Source: Octopus vulgaris
Taxonomy: Eukaryota
Assembly: GCA_951406725.2 (NCBI GenBank)
Contig: OX597839.1
Location: 3,348,001 to 3,412,000 of the forward strand
DNA length: 64,000 nt
Direction: 5' to 3'
This document shows, piece by piece, positions 12,890 through 25,662 of this stretch. Within the stretch, counting starts at the first letter, position 1. Each line of letters starts with the position of its first letter. Both the position numbers and the translations under genes were made by a program. The notes below the pieces were generated by a model that saw only the letters and a list, made by a program, of their open reading frames with translations, did no database searches and was not told the DNA's origin.

Positions 12890-14485
12890 TATGTGAAATA
12901 GAAAGATGAATAATCTTGTAGTAGATTAATCAAAAGTTAACCGATACCTTTCCGGAGGCACAGCCTCTTCCGCTCCCGGTTTAATGCTCAGTAGGAATAA
13001 TTATAGTAGTAATAATGATATGAGAGCCAGTACAGTGACACATAATCTCAGCTCCAGCCAGGGAGTACCCACTAGGGGTATAGTTATAAATAGGGGTGTT
13101 GTGGTTGACGGTAACAATGGGAGTAGGGTAGAGAGCCCCAATAGCAACCCCAGCATCATTTCCCGCAATAGCAGCACCACGGGCACTAGCAATGACAGTA
13201 CTCTGATAGATAGTGGAGAATCAGGGGTTATTCCTATAGTTAATAGTGACGTAGTGGAAAATAGAGTAGTAAGCGGCTGCAGGTCTCGGAACGAATATAG
13301 TGACAGGAACGCAGTTCTAATTTCAGAAACTAATCCTAGCAGATTAAGATTTACGTCGGCGAACTCCAAGATCAAAAACGCCGTCTACCAATGCAAGGTT
13401 TACACGGACTCAGATGTCTTCACTTATGTAGGGGCATCATCCTCAAGATTGTCTTTGCGTGTCTCCAATCATTACGCAACTTTTCGGGACGTGAACAAGC
13501 GCCAGACCACGGGACTCAGTAAGCTAATATGGCGACTGAAGGATACGAACTTAAGCTACAGGCTGGAATGGTCAATTTTGTCGGTGGCCCTCCCATTTGA
13601 TAGGGGCAGAAGACAGTGCAACCTTTGTGTCTCCGAACTCTTCCATATTTTGTTTGCCAGAGGCCGGATGGTAAACGGGCTCTTACAGTCGGCTTTTCGA
13701 TGCCCCCATTGGCGGCGTTACACTTATCTGGCTTTTAAATAGCGTTTATAAATAATACCGGCACCCATAGCCCTTGGTAACAAATTCTGAAATAGCCTTT
13801 AAGATATCTACGATTATCCACTGCAAGGGGAATTACTCCTGTAAGACAAACGGGGCTTGGTTTTTTCACAGCGGGGGGTTTCCTTGACAAGGTAGGCTTA
13901 GATGAACACACACACACATAAAACATAATATATATATATATATTTTTTTCTTTCTGCCACCCAACGGTTATCACGGCAGTAGCCACTGACAGCCGAACGA
14001 TCAAACGCACACACGTACACAAAAAATGTTATCTACCCCTACGCCAACACACACATATATAGAACAGTATACACACACACACGTCTCTAAGTAGATTTTT
14101 TCTCGCCCCTTATAAAACATCCAATATTCCTTAAATAGTCAGAACTTTATTCTCGGTCACTAAGAACATCTATACACCCTCACCCACTTGATTGACCGAT
14201 GCCTGACCTGTAGAATTCTTCAGCCACCGGTTCTCAGCATACACTGATAAACAGTTTCGCCATGGGCTCTTAGGAGCATAGTTCGATTTGGTTTTTGCTC
14301 CGCCTCTGTTCTGTTTTTGTTTCTCTAGCGGATTTCCTTTTTTCTTCCTGAAGAGAAAGACACAATATGGTCCCATTATTCAATCGGATTTTGGTAATTT
14401 GTGCCTTTCGAAACACGTGTAGAATGAAATAAAACGATTTCTGTTCAATCTGCGTTCAGCTCCATTTCTTCAATTCACCAATAAT
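12890..14485 (+). mobile_element. 5'-truncated Penelope-like element with C-terminal GIY-YIG endonuclease
   Basis: ORF 12984-13742 ends NAVYQCKV..FTYVGASS..LRVSNHYATFR..TTGLSKLIWRLKD..LEWSIL..CNLCVSELFHIL, typical of the PLE GIY-YIG domain. Flanked by (TA)n, with an HHR 3'-half remnant GAAACACGTGTA at about 14410. Confidence 0.8.
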
Positions 14486-15199
14486 GTTTTATATATATAT
14501 ATATATATATGTGGTAAGTAGCTTGCTTACCAACCACATGGTTCCGGGTTCATTCCCACTGTGGTACTTTTTTTTTTTGTTTTTGTGCCAGGGTCAAACC
14601 CGGAACATCCACGATGTGAATTTTCCGAGTCCTCTTCCCCACCCCACCCTTTCTCGAATGCGCATTTTTTTTTTGTCATATTCGTTTAGAGTAAGTTGTT
14701 TTACACCTATTACACTACTTTTTGTTTTGTTTTTATGACAGGGTCAAACGCTTTAGTTTAAGCCAAGACGATAGAAAGATTAGTTTGAACGCTTGAGGAG
14801 ACAGCTTATTATCTTTTTTTTTTTTTAATTTTTAATCTTTACTGCCCACAAGGGGCTAAACACAGAGGGGACAAACAAGGACAGACAAACGGATTAAGTC
14901 GATTACATCGACACCAGTGCGTAACTGGTACTTAATTTATCGACCCCGAAAGGATGAAAGGCAAAGTCGACCTCGGGTTGTGAAGATAGTCGGAAAGATG
15001 GGTACTCTCCGGTCACGTGTCAGTGACGATCTGAGGAGGAGGAGGAGGAGGAGGAGGAGGAGTAAGAGAGAGGGAACAGTGAGCGGGAGAGGAGAAGAAC
15101 AGAGACGTGCGAGAGAGAAAAACAGAAAGGATGAAGAACAAGAGAGGGAGAGAGAGAGATATATATAAAAGGGCGCGTATCATAATTATTATGATAAAA

Positions 15200-15478
15200 A
15201 CTTACTTGGAAAAGGATGCATGGCATTCGATCACACAATAATATGATTTCATCTCGATCGAAGGAGAGGGGCTTTCTCCGTCCGGGTTGCGGATCCGTGG
15301 AATAAGCTGCCGGACGAGATAGTGAAGATGCCGACGACCGCTCGGTTCATAGTCTCTCTTGACCAGAAATGGCCTGAACTCTTTGGATGTACACCCTCCC
15401 TGTACATAACTCCATGTCCCCCTACATGGCCTTGCTTTTGCTTTTTGAGCCAAAAAATTAACTTAACTTAACTTAAAT
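15200..15478 (+). mobile_element. CR1/L2-type LINE 3' end
   Basis: Translates FSVRVADPWNKLPDEIVKMPTTARFIVSLD (CR1-like ORF2 C-terminus), followed by a short 3' UTR and a (TTAAC)n tail. Confidence 0.7.
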
Positions 15479-15800
15479 AATATATAAATACATGCACATA
15501 TACATACATATATGTACATACCTACATCTATATGTATATATACATACATCTATGTGTATATATATACATGCATAGATGGGTACAGGACATCAAAAAGAAC
15601 GTTGAACACAATGTGAAACGGAAACTTAAAAGCAAAAACATGGAAACAGACTTTTTTTCAAACAACGAAAGAACAGAGTACAAAACATACAACTCTAGGA
15701 ATATTCCCCTTCTTCAGATGTCCCTGTGTCGTCTACTCCGCGATACGAAGGTAAGGACAAGATATGCGATATTTATATTATTATTATTATAATTATTATT

Positions 15801-16195
15801 AGAGTGGCTGTGTGGTAAGTAGCTTGCTAACCAACCACATGGTTCCGGGTTCAGTCCCACTGCGTGGCATCTTGGGCAAGTGTCTTCTGCTATAGCCCCG
15901 GGCCGACCAATGCCTTGTGGGTGGATTTGGTAGACGGAAACTGAAAGAAGCCTGTCGTATATATGTATATATATATATATGTATGTGTGTTTGTTTGTGT
16001 GTCTGTGTTTGTCCCCCTAGCATTGCTTGACAACCGATGCTGGTGTGTTTACATCCCTGTCAGCGGTTCGGCAAAAGAGACCGATAGAATAAGTACTGGG
16101 CTTACAAAAAGAATAAGTCCCGGGGTCGAGTTGCTCGATTAAAGGCGGTGCTCCAGCATGGCCGCAGTCAAATGACTGAAACAAGTAAAAGAGAG
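15801..16195 (+). mobile_element. SINE family A (tRNA-like head, internal TA/TG microsatellite), representative copy
   Basis: GGAGTGGCTGTGTGGTAAG..GGTTCAGTCCC head and GACTGAAACAAGTAAAAGAG tail. Other copies at about 1-100, 2865-3255, 3705-3980, 10551-10900, 19213-19588, 20508-20908, 29425-29815, 30908-31302, 34550-34950, 35900-36192, 53638-54040, 56740-56855 and 61625-61788. Confidence 0.85.
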
Positions 16196-16235
<40 letters not shown>

Positions 16236-16377
16236 ATAAGAGTAAATAATAGTTGTAATAGTTTTTAAAAAAACAACAACAATTATTTACGGGTAGATTT
16301 CGGCATGTAAATATAACCATTAACGGTAGGAACTGTTATAAAAGAAAAGTTCAATATTTATTTTTGTATATAAATAA

Positions 16378-16630
16378 AAAGGGTCAAGCGACAGGTTGCT
16401 TAGCCACACACCGAAAAATTAGAAACAGCAGTCAAAGACTGTTTATTTCTATTTTCTACAAATGAGACTCCACATATGACATATCTCTGTAATTCTTCCT
16501 TGTGTTTTGCATATGTGAATTACAGGGATATGTCGTATGTGGAGTGTCTCGTTTGTAGAAAATAGAAATAAAGTCTTTGACTGCTGTTTCTAATTTTTCG
16601 GTGTGTGGCTAAGCAACCTGTTGCCTGCCC

Positions 16631-16633
<3 letters not shown>
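16378..16633. repeat. Inverted repeat (arms ~118 bp, 21-nt loop) within a TA-flanked insert
   Basis: CAGGTTGCTTAGCCACACACCGAAAAATTAGAAACAGCAGTCAAAGAC and its reverse complement. Confidence 0.9.
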
Positions 16634-16669
<36 letters not shown>

Positions 16670-16675
16670 TATATA

Positions 16676-17073
16676 CTAGCAGTATCGCCCGGCGTTGCTC
16701 GGGTTTGTAAAGGAAATAACTATATAAGCATTTTTAGAGAGTTATAGCCAAAAAATAGCAAAAAATGCATTAAAAATGGAAAAAAAATTATGGTAAATTT
16801 TTTTTTTAAATCGTTGACTCATCGTAGACATTTTTAGAGAGTTACTTCCCTTATTTAATAGCGAAAAAATGCATTAAAATGAAAAGAAATGATGGTAAAT
16901 TATTTTTAAAATCGTAGACTCATCGTAGACGCGCGCTAATACCCAGAAGGGCTCGATATGAATCACGACTATAAGATACCCGGTTTTGGTTAAACTGCAC
17001 CGCAAAATGTGGGAGTAGTTAGGAATCTAAATCGGAGTAGACAGACACACAACCTTTCTTTTATATATAAAGA
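16676..17073 (-). mobile_element. Non-autonomous Helitron
   Basis: Minus strand starts A|TCTTTATATATAAAAG and ends with the hairpin CCCGAGCAACGCCGGG followed by CTAG|T; no TSD. Confidence 0.85.
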
Positions 17074-17364
17074 TATAATAGGCCCCTTTTGTTTCTGTCT
17101 ACCAGATCCACTCACAAAGATTTGGTCGGCCCAAGGCTATAGCGGAAGACACTTGCTCAAGGTGTCACGCAATGAGACTGAACCCAGCTCCATATAGTTG
17201 GGAAGCAAGCTTCTCACCATATAGCCTCGCCTGGGGTTGATTTGTTTGATCAGCCACTTCAAGGCGCTGCTCCAGCATGGCTGCAGTCCGATACCTGAAA
17301 CAAAGAAGAGAATATTACAAAGAGACGTGGACTCTTACACACAGCAATTTCTCTGCCAAGTTAC

Positions 17365-18395
17365 ATGCATACCTCAACTTACGTCGGCAGTTGGTTTCCA
17401 TATATATTCGACTTACGTCAACAAATGATGTAACACGAGAAAAAAGTTTCTAAAGTTTATTAGCTGTTTTAATACATTTTTCTTTCTCTCTCTCTTAAAA
17501 AAAATTGGTTTTTTTTACATATTTTCATCTGTATTTTATTTGATTTTCAATTCAATTTTCTAATTTTATTCAAAAATTTATACTTTAAAATATGTTTGAT
17601 GCATACCTCAACTTACGTCGGTAAACGAGAAAACATTTTCAAAAGTTTATAAGCTTCTTTCTGTTTTAATAATTTTTTCTTTCTCTCTCTCTCTTTAAAA
17701 AAAATTTATATTTACATATTTTCATCTGTATTTTATTTGATTTTCAATTCAATTTTATAATTTTATTCAAAAATTTATGCTTTAAAATATGGTTGATGCA
17801 TACCTCAACTTACGTCGGTAAACGAGAAAACATTTTCAAAAGTTTATTAGCTTCTTTCTGTTTTAATAAATTTTTCTTTCTCTCTCTTTAAAAAAAATTT
17901 ATATTTACATATTTTCATCTGTATTTTATTTGATTTTCTAATTTTATTCAAAAATTTATGCTTTAAAATGTTTGATGCATACCTCAGCTTACGTCGGTAA
18001 CAACGAGAAAACATTTTCAGAAGTTTATGAGCTTTTTCTGTTTTAATAAATTTTTCTTTCTCTCTCTCTTTAAAAAAAATTTATATTTACATATTTTCTT
18101 CTGTATTTTATTTGATTTTCAATTCAATTTTCTAATTTTATTCAAAAATTTATCCTTTAAAATGTGTTTGATGTATACCTCAATTTACGTCGGTAGTTGG
18201 CTTTCAATATATGCGACTTACGTCAATAAATGATGTAACACGAGACATTTTCAAAAGTTTGAGCTTCTTTCTGTTTTAATATATTTTTCCTTTCTCTTTC
18301 TCTTTAAAAAAAATTATATTTACATATTTTCATCTGTATTTTATTTGATTTCCAATTCAATTTTATAATTTCATTCAAAAATTTATGCTTTAAAA
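17365..18395 (+). repeat. AT-rich ~180-230 bp tandem repeat, about 5 copies
   Basis: TACCTCAACTTACGTCGG recurs at about 17371, 17603, 17801, 17980 and 18176. Confidence 0.9.
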
Positions 18396-18890
18396 TCATC
18401 CGAAAGTTGGATAAATCGACTGAAGTCGAAGCGTAGTTCTTTCATTTATTTCTTTATAACAGCCTGCTCAAAAAATAATATAACGACATATGGTCAAGGG
18501 GAAGAAACTCTTTCAGATGTTCCGTGTAAATATTACGGAGATGTACTTGTTGTCGTGTAAATATTTAACCATATTAAACAATGTTTTGTTGTCTGTCGAG
18601 AAGCTTGAGTCTTTAAATAATATTAATAAAAAAAAAGATAGTAATCAGTAATTATTGGATGACTAATTATGATATAATTTATTTAAATAATCGCCTGAAT
18701 TAATAATGTAGTTGAAAACGTGTATAGAAGAATTACCTCCCTTTGATTGTTTATCTCGAATTTCAATTAGAGAAATTATTCTTTTTTCGGAACGGTGAAT
18801 CTCGAAGCAAATAAATAGCCTGTAAAATATCAAGCTAAAACTATTTGGATAAAAAAAGCAGTTGAGGGTTATCTGCGAGATTTGAACCCA

Positions 18891-19007
<117 letters not shown>

Positions 19008-19048
19008 GTCTATATATCTACCTACCTACCTACCTACCTACCACCTAC

Positions 19049-19120
<72 letters not shown>

Positions 19121-19900
19121 TTACCTATCTATCTAACTGCCTGCCAGCTTTGGAAATAGCCAGTAATAGCCAGATAACCCCCCCCCCCCCGACAACTCTT
19201 TGGACAATCAATTACTCTTTACTCTCTTTTACTTGTTTCAATCATTTGACTGTGGCCATGCTGGAGCACTGCCTTTTAGTCGAGCAAATCGACCCCAGGA
19301 ATTATTCTTTGTAAGCCTAGTACTTATTATTTCGGTCTCTTTTGCCGAACCGCTAAGTAAACACACCCTCATCGGTTGTCAAGAAATGTTGGGGGGGGGG
19401 AGCAAACACAGACACACACACACAAACACACACACACACACATACATACATACGACGGTCTTCTTTCAGTTTCCGTCTACCAAATCCACTCACAAGACAC
19501 TTGCCCAAGGTGCCACGCAGTGGGACTGAACCCGGAACCATGTGGTTGGTAAGCAAGCTACTTACCACACAGCCACTCCTACGCCTATATCAATTGACAA
19601 GATTTTGAATACCTAATTTTTGGATTTCCGTACACTGGATTATCTCACCCTTGGATTACGCTACCCTTTGAATACCTTCGGAGTACATCTTTTTTGTACC
19701 TTGGTTACACACACACATACGCGCGCGCGCATGCACGCATATACATATAATGCTACACATAATACTTTTACCAGAAGTGGTGTTAGTGACTTCGAAGTCA
19801 CTGTCACTTTTCATGTAAAAGTCTAAGAAGTAGATACTCTACAAAAATGTTTTGAGTAGTTTTTCAGTTTAATGTTAAATTGTTTTTATCGCAACTCAAA

Positions 19901-19964
<64 letters not shown>

Positions 19965-19970
<6 letters not shown>

Positions 19971-20505
19971 CTATCGAAAAATTCCCGACTAGTTCAGTAC
20001 CTATTTCTTTATTACCCACAAGGGGACAAACAAGGACAGACATAGGTATTAAGTCGATTACATCGACCCCAGTATGTAACTGGTACTTAATTTATCGACC
20101 CCGGGAGGATGAAAGGCAAAGTCGACCTCGGCGGAATTTGAACTCACAACGTAACGACAGACGAAATACGGCTACGCATTTCGCCCGGCGTGCTAACGTT
20201 TCTGCCGGCTCGCCGCCTTTGTAGTTCAGTACCGCGCCAACAGATGGCAGCACGCGGTTGCATGCGCAGTGAGAGCTAGCAGTGACTTTCGCGAACCGGT
20301 GTGTCGTGTGACATCGCTGTGTTTACTTCACAAGTTGTGAAATTTGTGTTTTTGTGATCACGTGTATGCTGTAGTCTGCGATTTTGTCTTAGACAGGAAC
20401 AAAGAGCCATCGTGAAATTTTGCGCTAAACTTGGGAAGTCTGCTACGGATACATTGAGCATACTTCGGCAAGCTTGCGGCGACGAGGCAATGGGTCGTCT
20501 CGCAG
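19965..20505 (+). mobile_element. Mariner 5' fragment interrupted by a SINE
   Basis: TIR-like CGAGGCTATCGAAAAATTCCCG and transposase start EQRAIVKFCAKLGKSATDTLSILRQACGDEAM. The SINE at about 20001-20221 is flanked by the TSD TAGTTCAGTAC. Confidence 0.75.
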
Positions 20506-21383
20506 GTACACTCTTTTACTCTTCTACTGTTTTACTTATATTACAGTTATTTGACTGCGGCCATGCTGGAGCACCGCCTTTAGTCGATCGAGCAAATCGA
20601 CCCCAGGACTTATCCTTTGGAAGCCTAGTACTTATTCTATCGGTCTCTTTTTGCCGAACCGCTAAGTGACGGGGACGTAAACACACCAGCATCGGTTGTC
20701 AAGCGATGTTGGGAGGACACACACACACACACATATACATATATACGACGAGCTTCTTTCAGTTTCCGTCTACCAAATCCACTCACAAGGATTTGGTCGG
20801 CCCGAGGCTATAGTAGAAGACACTTGCCCAAGGTGCCACGCAGTGGGACTGAACCCGGAACCATGTGGTTGGTAAGCAAGCTACTCATCACACAGCTACT
20901 CCTGCGCCATTCTACAAAAATTCATTGAGTAATTTTTCAGTTTAATGTTAAATTGTTTTTATCATAACTCGGCAAACGAAACACACACACACACACACAC
21001 ACACACACCACAAAGAGAGAGGGAGAGGAAGGAGACAGCGAAACTCCTTCATCGTGAATAATAGAGCTGGCAAGTTCCATTAGTTCAAACCGAACCTGAA
21101 GACTTTGAGGAAGGCCGAGTGACATACGAAACAGGAAAGAGTGGACCAGGAAGGGAGCTTACTCTAAATTGGAACCCATGTAGATTTCTGAATCAGATGC
21201 TGTTGTAGGATCGCCATAGCCAGCTCACCTGCACCAAAGCAGAGATCAACATTTACCCCCGAGAGACCCTTGGGGATGAATACGAGTAGTAAGATCTGAG
21301 CTTTTAGAAAATCTCGATTTGCTCTGGACTTCGATGGAAAGGAGGTCTAGGTGGTGGTCAAGAATACAAAAGAAAGCTTAGCC

Positions 21384-22019
21384 CAGTGGTTTTCAACGAT
21401 TATTTATCTATGGAACCCTTTTAATTCTTATTTTACTCCGGTCGACTGGAGCCATTAGATATCTAAAAATATCCTTATGATTTAGTATCTTTAGGAATTG
21501 TATTTTTAAAAAATTGTTAAGATATTTGGTGTATTGCAGAAATGTAACCGATTTATTGCAGACAACATTTAACTAAGTGTTATATGGACCGCCAAGAATC
21601 ATATGGACCGTCAAGAGTCATATGGACCGTCGAGTCATATGGACCGTTAAGAGTCATATGGACCGTCAAGAGTCATATGGACTGTCAAGAGTCATATGGA
21701 CCGTCAAGAGTCATGGACCGTCAAGAGTCATATGGACCGCCAAGAGTCATATGGACCGTCAAGAGTCATATGGACCGTCAAGAGTCATATGGACTGTCAA
21801 GAGTCATATGGACCGTCAAGAGTCATATGGACCGTCAAGAGTCATATGGACCGTCGAGTCATATGGGCCGTTAAGAGTCATATGGACTGTCAAGAGTCAT
21901 ATGGACCGTCAAGAGTCATATGGACCGCCAAGAGTCATATGGACCGTCAAGAGTCATATGGACCGTCAAGAGTTATATGGACCGTCAAGAGTCATATGGA
22001 CGCCGGTTGAGAACCTCTG
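21384..22019. mobile_element. hAT-type MITE containing a 19-bp minisatellite
   Basis: TIRs CAGTGGTTTTCAAC / GTTGAGAACCTCTG; no clear TSD. Confidence 0.7.
21583..22001 (+). repeat. 19-bp tandem minisatellite (TGGACCGTCAAGAGTCATA), about 22 copies
   Basis: Direct head-to-tail units with occasional 17-nt variants and no spacers. Confidence 0.95.
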
Positions 22020-23199
22020 ACAGACCAAGGATGGGATGAAATACATTACAAGGTGTACAAAACTGCAATCATTATTCCACAGTCTGTGGAGTAGTAACCT
22101 TGGGCACTTCATGACATACTGAAGTATGATAAAGGTGATATGAAAGACGGCAATGTACCTCATTAATGGATGTGTGCACAAAGGGTTAATTTTCTAAGGA
22201 AGGAAGAATCGAAGAACGTTGATCAGTTCGGAATCATTTCAGAATCGTTTCAATGTTCAACGTTGAGGGGAAGATATTCCTCGGCCTTGCTGCTAGACGT
22301 CTGACAAACTTCTTAATTGACACATTTTTTCATGACTGAAACAAGTAAGAGAGAGAGAGAGAGAGAGCAAAGAGTATAGGGCAATATTAACCTTTAGTAT
22401 GAAGAGATCGGCTTATTTCTCTTGCTTTATTTTCCGGATTTGTTAGTGGAAAATGTACCCAAGAGAACTGCTTGTCTGTGACAGCGATTGGAAATCACTT
22501 TGAATCTCTTGCTGACAGATACCACGGGTTAGTTCAGAATATGAAGTTTCTTGTACAGGAAAATTTTGCTGTTTTACAATTCGATATCGGTAATGTCTCA
22601 AGTTATAGTTTTGTAATTTTTGCTTTCCTTGCTCTCGAAGTTTCTAGATAAAACGGGTCAGAGAAGTAGAATTTATCCTGTTCTTTGACCTAAAGAAATT
22701 CAGATGCTAATCGCTCCGTTCCTTCAAGTGATTAATGGTAACCTTCGATTCTTTGGATATCATCCGATGGTGTAAGCTTCAGAATAGACTTTTAAAAGAC
22801 AGAATCTCCTTAGGAAGCAAGTAGCTTGATTATTGTTAGTTGCTGGTGTGTTGCTGGGTTAGAGTATGAAAATGTGTATGTTTCCGGTCGGGTTGGAAAT
22901 GCTATTGTTGTGTTAGGAATTGCTGACCTTTATATTACGTTCATTGAAACACTTATGGTAGCAGTGCGTAGTTGGGAAGTGGTACATTACAGGGATGGGA
23001 AGACCACTGCAATAATTTTAGTCTGTATTTGCTGTCCGGCAATGTTTATTCAAACGCATTTTGTGATGTCGGGCGCGAAAATACCTTAAGCTAAGCCTGA
23101 AAGCGATGAAGTTATAAAAGAATCATCCATAACTTGCAGTAAGCAACATTTATTAAATGTTATTAGTTATTTTTTTATTTTCTGCAAACAAAATGCACA

Positions 23200-23385
23200 A
23201 AAAAGCTACACGTTTGCATTGTTATATATTCAATAAAAATAAAGGACGTTATATAGACCTCCTTGACTCAAGTTAGAGAAGGGGTGCGTTTTATACACAA
23301 GGTTTAGGTTTGTCAGAGGTACAGCCCCGTAAAAATCTCCTGCGTATTATACCCAGGGGTGGACTATACTCGAGGATTTACGGTA
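23200..23385. mobile_element. pogo/Tc2-like transposon terminus
   Basis: Ends GACTATACTCGAGGATTTACGG-TA, with subterminal GGGTGCGTTTTATAC-like repeats. Confidence 0.5.
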
Positions 23386-23971
23386 ATATTTATCTCTCTC
23401 CAGATGGAGTACTTTTTTGTTGATATTATCATCACAGAACAGTACACTATATATATGCAACTCCAGGTCATCAGCGTCGCTCGGGCTCATAACAGATTTC
23501 GCATAAGACACATGCTTGCTCGAAGAATTTCATGTTTTGCAGCTTTATTTCTAGACGCAAATACCTTACTTGTTATATCTAGCACTATGTCTTTCTCCAG
23601 TTCTAAGTTAAGGGTTTAAGATAAAGCAACCCTGCAAAATACAACTGATCTTTGCAAACAGACGCGCAGAATAACAGCAATCAAATAATGATAGCGGAGA
23701 GCACAACGAACATTAGTGATCTGACTGTCGCCTCTACTCTTGACAAGAGACGCCAGTTAATCCTTTGTACCTACGAGGCTCATTTGTATTAGCCCGAGCA
23801 CCGACCCTTGAGTTACTCTGTTGCTTCTGCTAAATATAAAAAAAAAATATACACGTACTCATGTTTTCTATTTTTTTTCCTTTTTGCATCAATATACCTC
23901 TACATACTTACATACATACATAAATACATACATACATACATACATACATACATGCATAGGTACGTACATAC

Positions 23972-24002
<31 letters not shown>

Positions 24003-24323
24003 CATACATACATACATACATACATACATACATACATACATGCATAGGTACGTACATACTTACATACATAGATACGTACGTACACACACACATAGTCACA
24101 AATATTCATACATATTGGCGTTAGGAAGGGCATCCAGCCGTAGAAACACTGCCAAATCTGACTGGGCCTGATGAAGCCTTCCGGCTTCACAGACCCCAGT
24201 TAAACCGTCCAACCCATGCTAGCATGGAAAACGGACGCTAAATGATGATGCATACACTAACACGCACATATGTGCGTATATATATATATATATGTATGTA
24301 TATATCTTTACATATGTATATAT

Positions 24324-24361
<38 letters not shown>

Positions 24362-24394
24362 TTTATTTAAAAGCAGCAGAAAATTCAACAAAAC

Positions 24395-24432
24395 CTGTTA
24401 CTCTGAGTTTCACGTTCCCATTCGTCGGACAG
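24395..24432 (-). ncRNA. Minimal hammerhead-like motif with C4 core variant
   Basis: Minus strand: CTGT-CCGACGA-ATG-GGAA-CGT-GAAA-CTCAGAG-TA^ACAG. Confidence 0.6.
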
Positions 24433-24603
24433 TTTTTGCTAGAATAAAACCGATACGTCAATTCTATCAAGACTAGTATAAACGCTACACCTTTAAAAAT
24501 GGACTTCTTTGATTGGTCCTTTCAAATAACGGTCAATTTCGAGCGATAAACAAAAATGAGTACTCTTTATTCCACCTTGTTTCACATTTATGTGTTTACT
24601 CCA

Positions 24604-24662
<59 letters not shown>

Positions 24663-24692
24663 TGTAATCATAACATGTGACAGTTATTCGGT

Positions 24693-24764
24693 AGCCATGA
24701 TAAAACTCCGAGTTTCGGATGTCGGGGCGGAAACCCACTCCGCTATCTCTTCAGTTATCCGGCC
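24693..24764 (-). ncRNA. Hammerhead ribozyme, same family as 1792-1864
   Basis: Minus strand: GGCCGGATAA-CTGAAGA-GAT...ATC-C-GAAA-CTCGGAG-TT^TTATCATGGCT. An inverted half copy lies at about 24790-24845 and a decayed relative at about 41035-41105. Confidence 0.72.
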
Positions 24765-25043
24765 ATCGAAAAAATGCTATGAAAATGACTGGTGGCGTGG
24801 GTTTCCGCCCCGACATCCGAAACTCGGAGTTTTATCATGGCTACCGACCGAATAATTGTCGCATATTATAGCTACAGATAGATTCCTCTATTTACATAAT
24901 ATCGAGGTCTCTTTCATTCTTTTGTTATCTTACCATTTCTATCAATATACACACACATACACACACACACAAACGCACACACACATATATATATACACAT
25001 ACAAAAATGTATGTATCTTTACATACGTGTATATATATATATG

Positions 25044-25077
<34 letters not shown>

Positions 25078-25238
25078 TGTATTTCAATTTGTGGAACTAA
25101 TCTCTGCTCTGTAATCTGATTTCCATAGCCTTCTGGTCATGTAAGAAATTTTGGTTTTCAAGAATAACAGGAGGAATGGAACAAACAACATTCCCCCACC
25201 TCCACTGCCAGCATGACAACAATTGCAATAACAACAAC

Positions 25239-25299
<61 letters not shown>

Positions 25300-25662
25300 G
25301 TAACGATAACAAGAAATAAAACAATAATGATAAGAATCATAAAAAGGAGCAGAAGTAGAATAACAACAACAACAAAAACAATAATAAATAGACAAAGAAC
25401 ATTGAAGTATGATTTTATATTATTATAAAATGGTAGTATGTTTTTCTTTTTCGTGTGATTTATATATTAAACATAAGGCATTATCAAAACATATTTATTC
25501 CAGCATGAAATGATTTATAGAACGTTTCAAATCCGAATTAATTTACATTGAAAATAGCATTTCCATTCTGAATTCTTTTTTTTTTTTTTTTTTCTTCCAG
25601 ATAAAATTTCAATAATTTTTCTTATCAGATAAAATTTTAATCTGCTAAACTTTATATTCTTT

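Noticed and set aside
21583-22001. CRISPR-like regular array and overlapping ORFs 21577-22020
   Set aside because: Units are head-to-tail with no unique spacers, there are no cas genes and the context is eukaryotic; the ORFs are only translations of the minisatellite.
22380-23090. Possible decayed LINE coding sequence (minus-strand LKLLQW), also 21050-21380
   Set aside because: Too degraded to assign by eye; needs a translated search.
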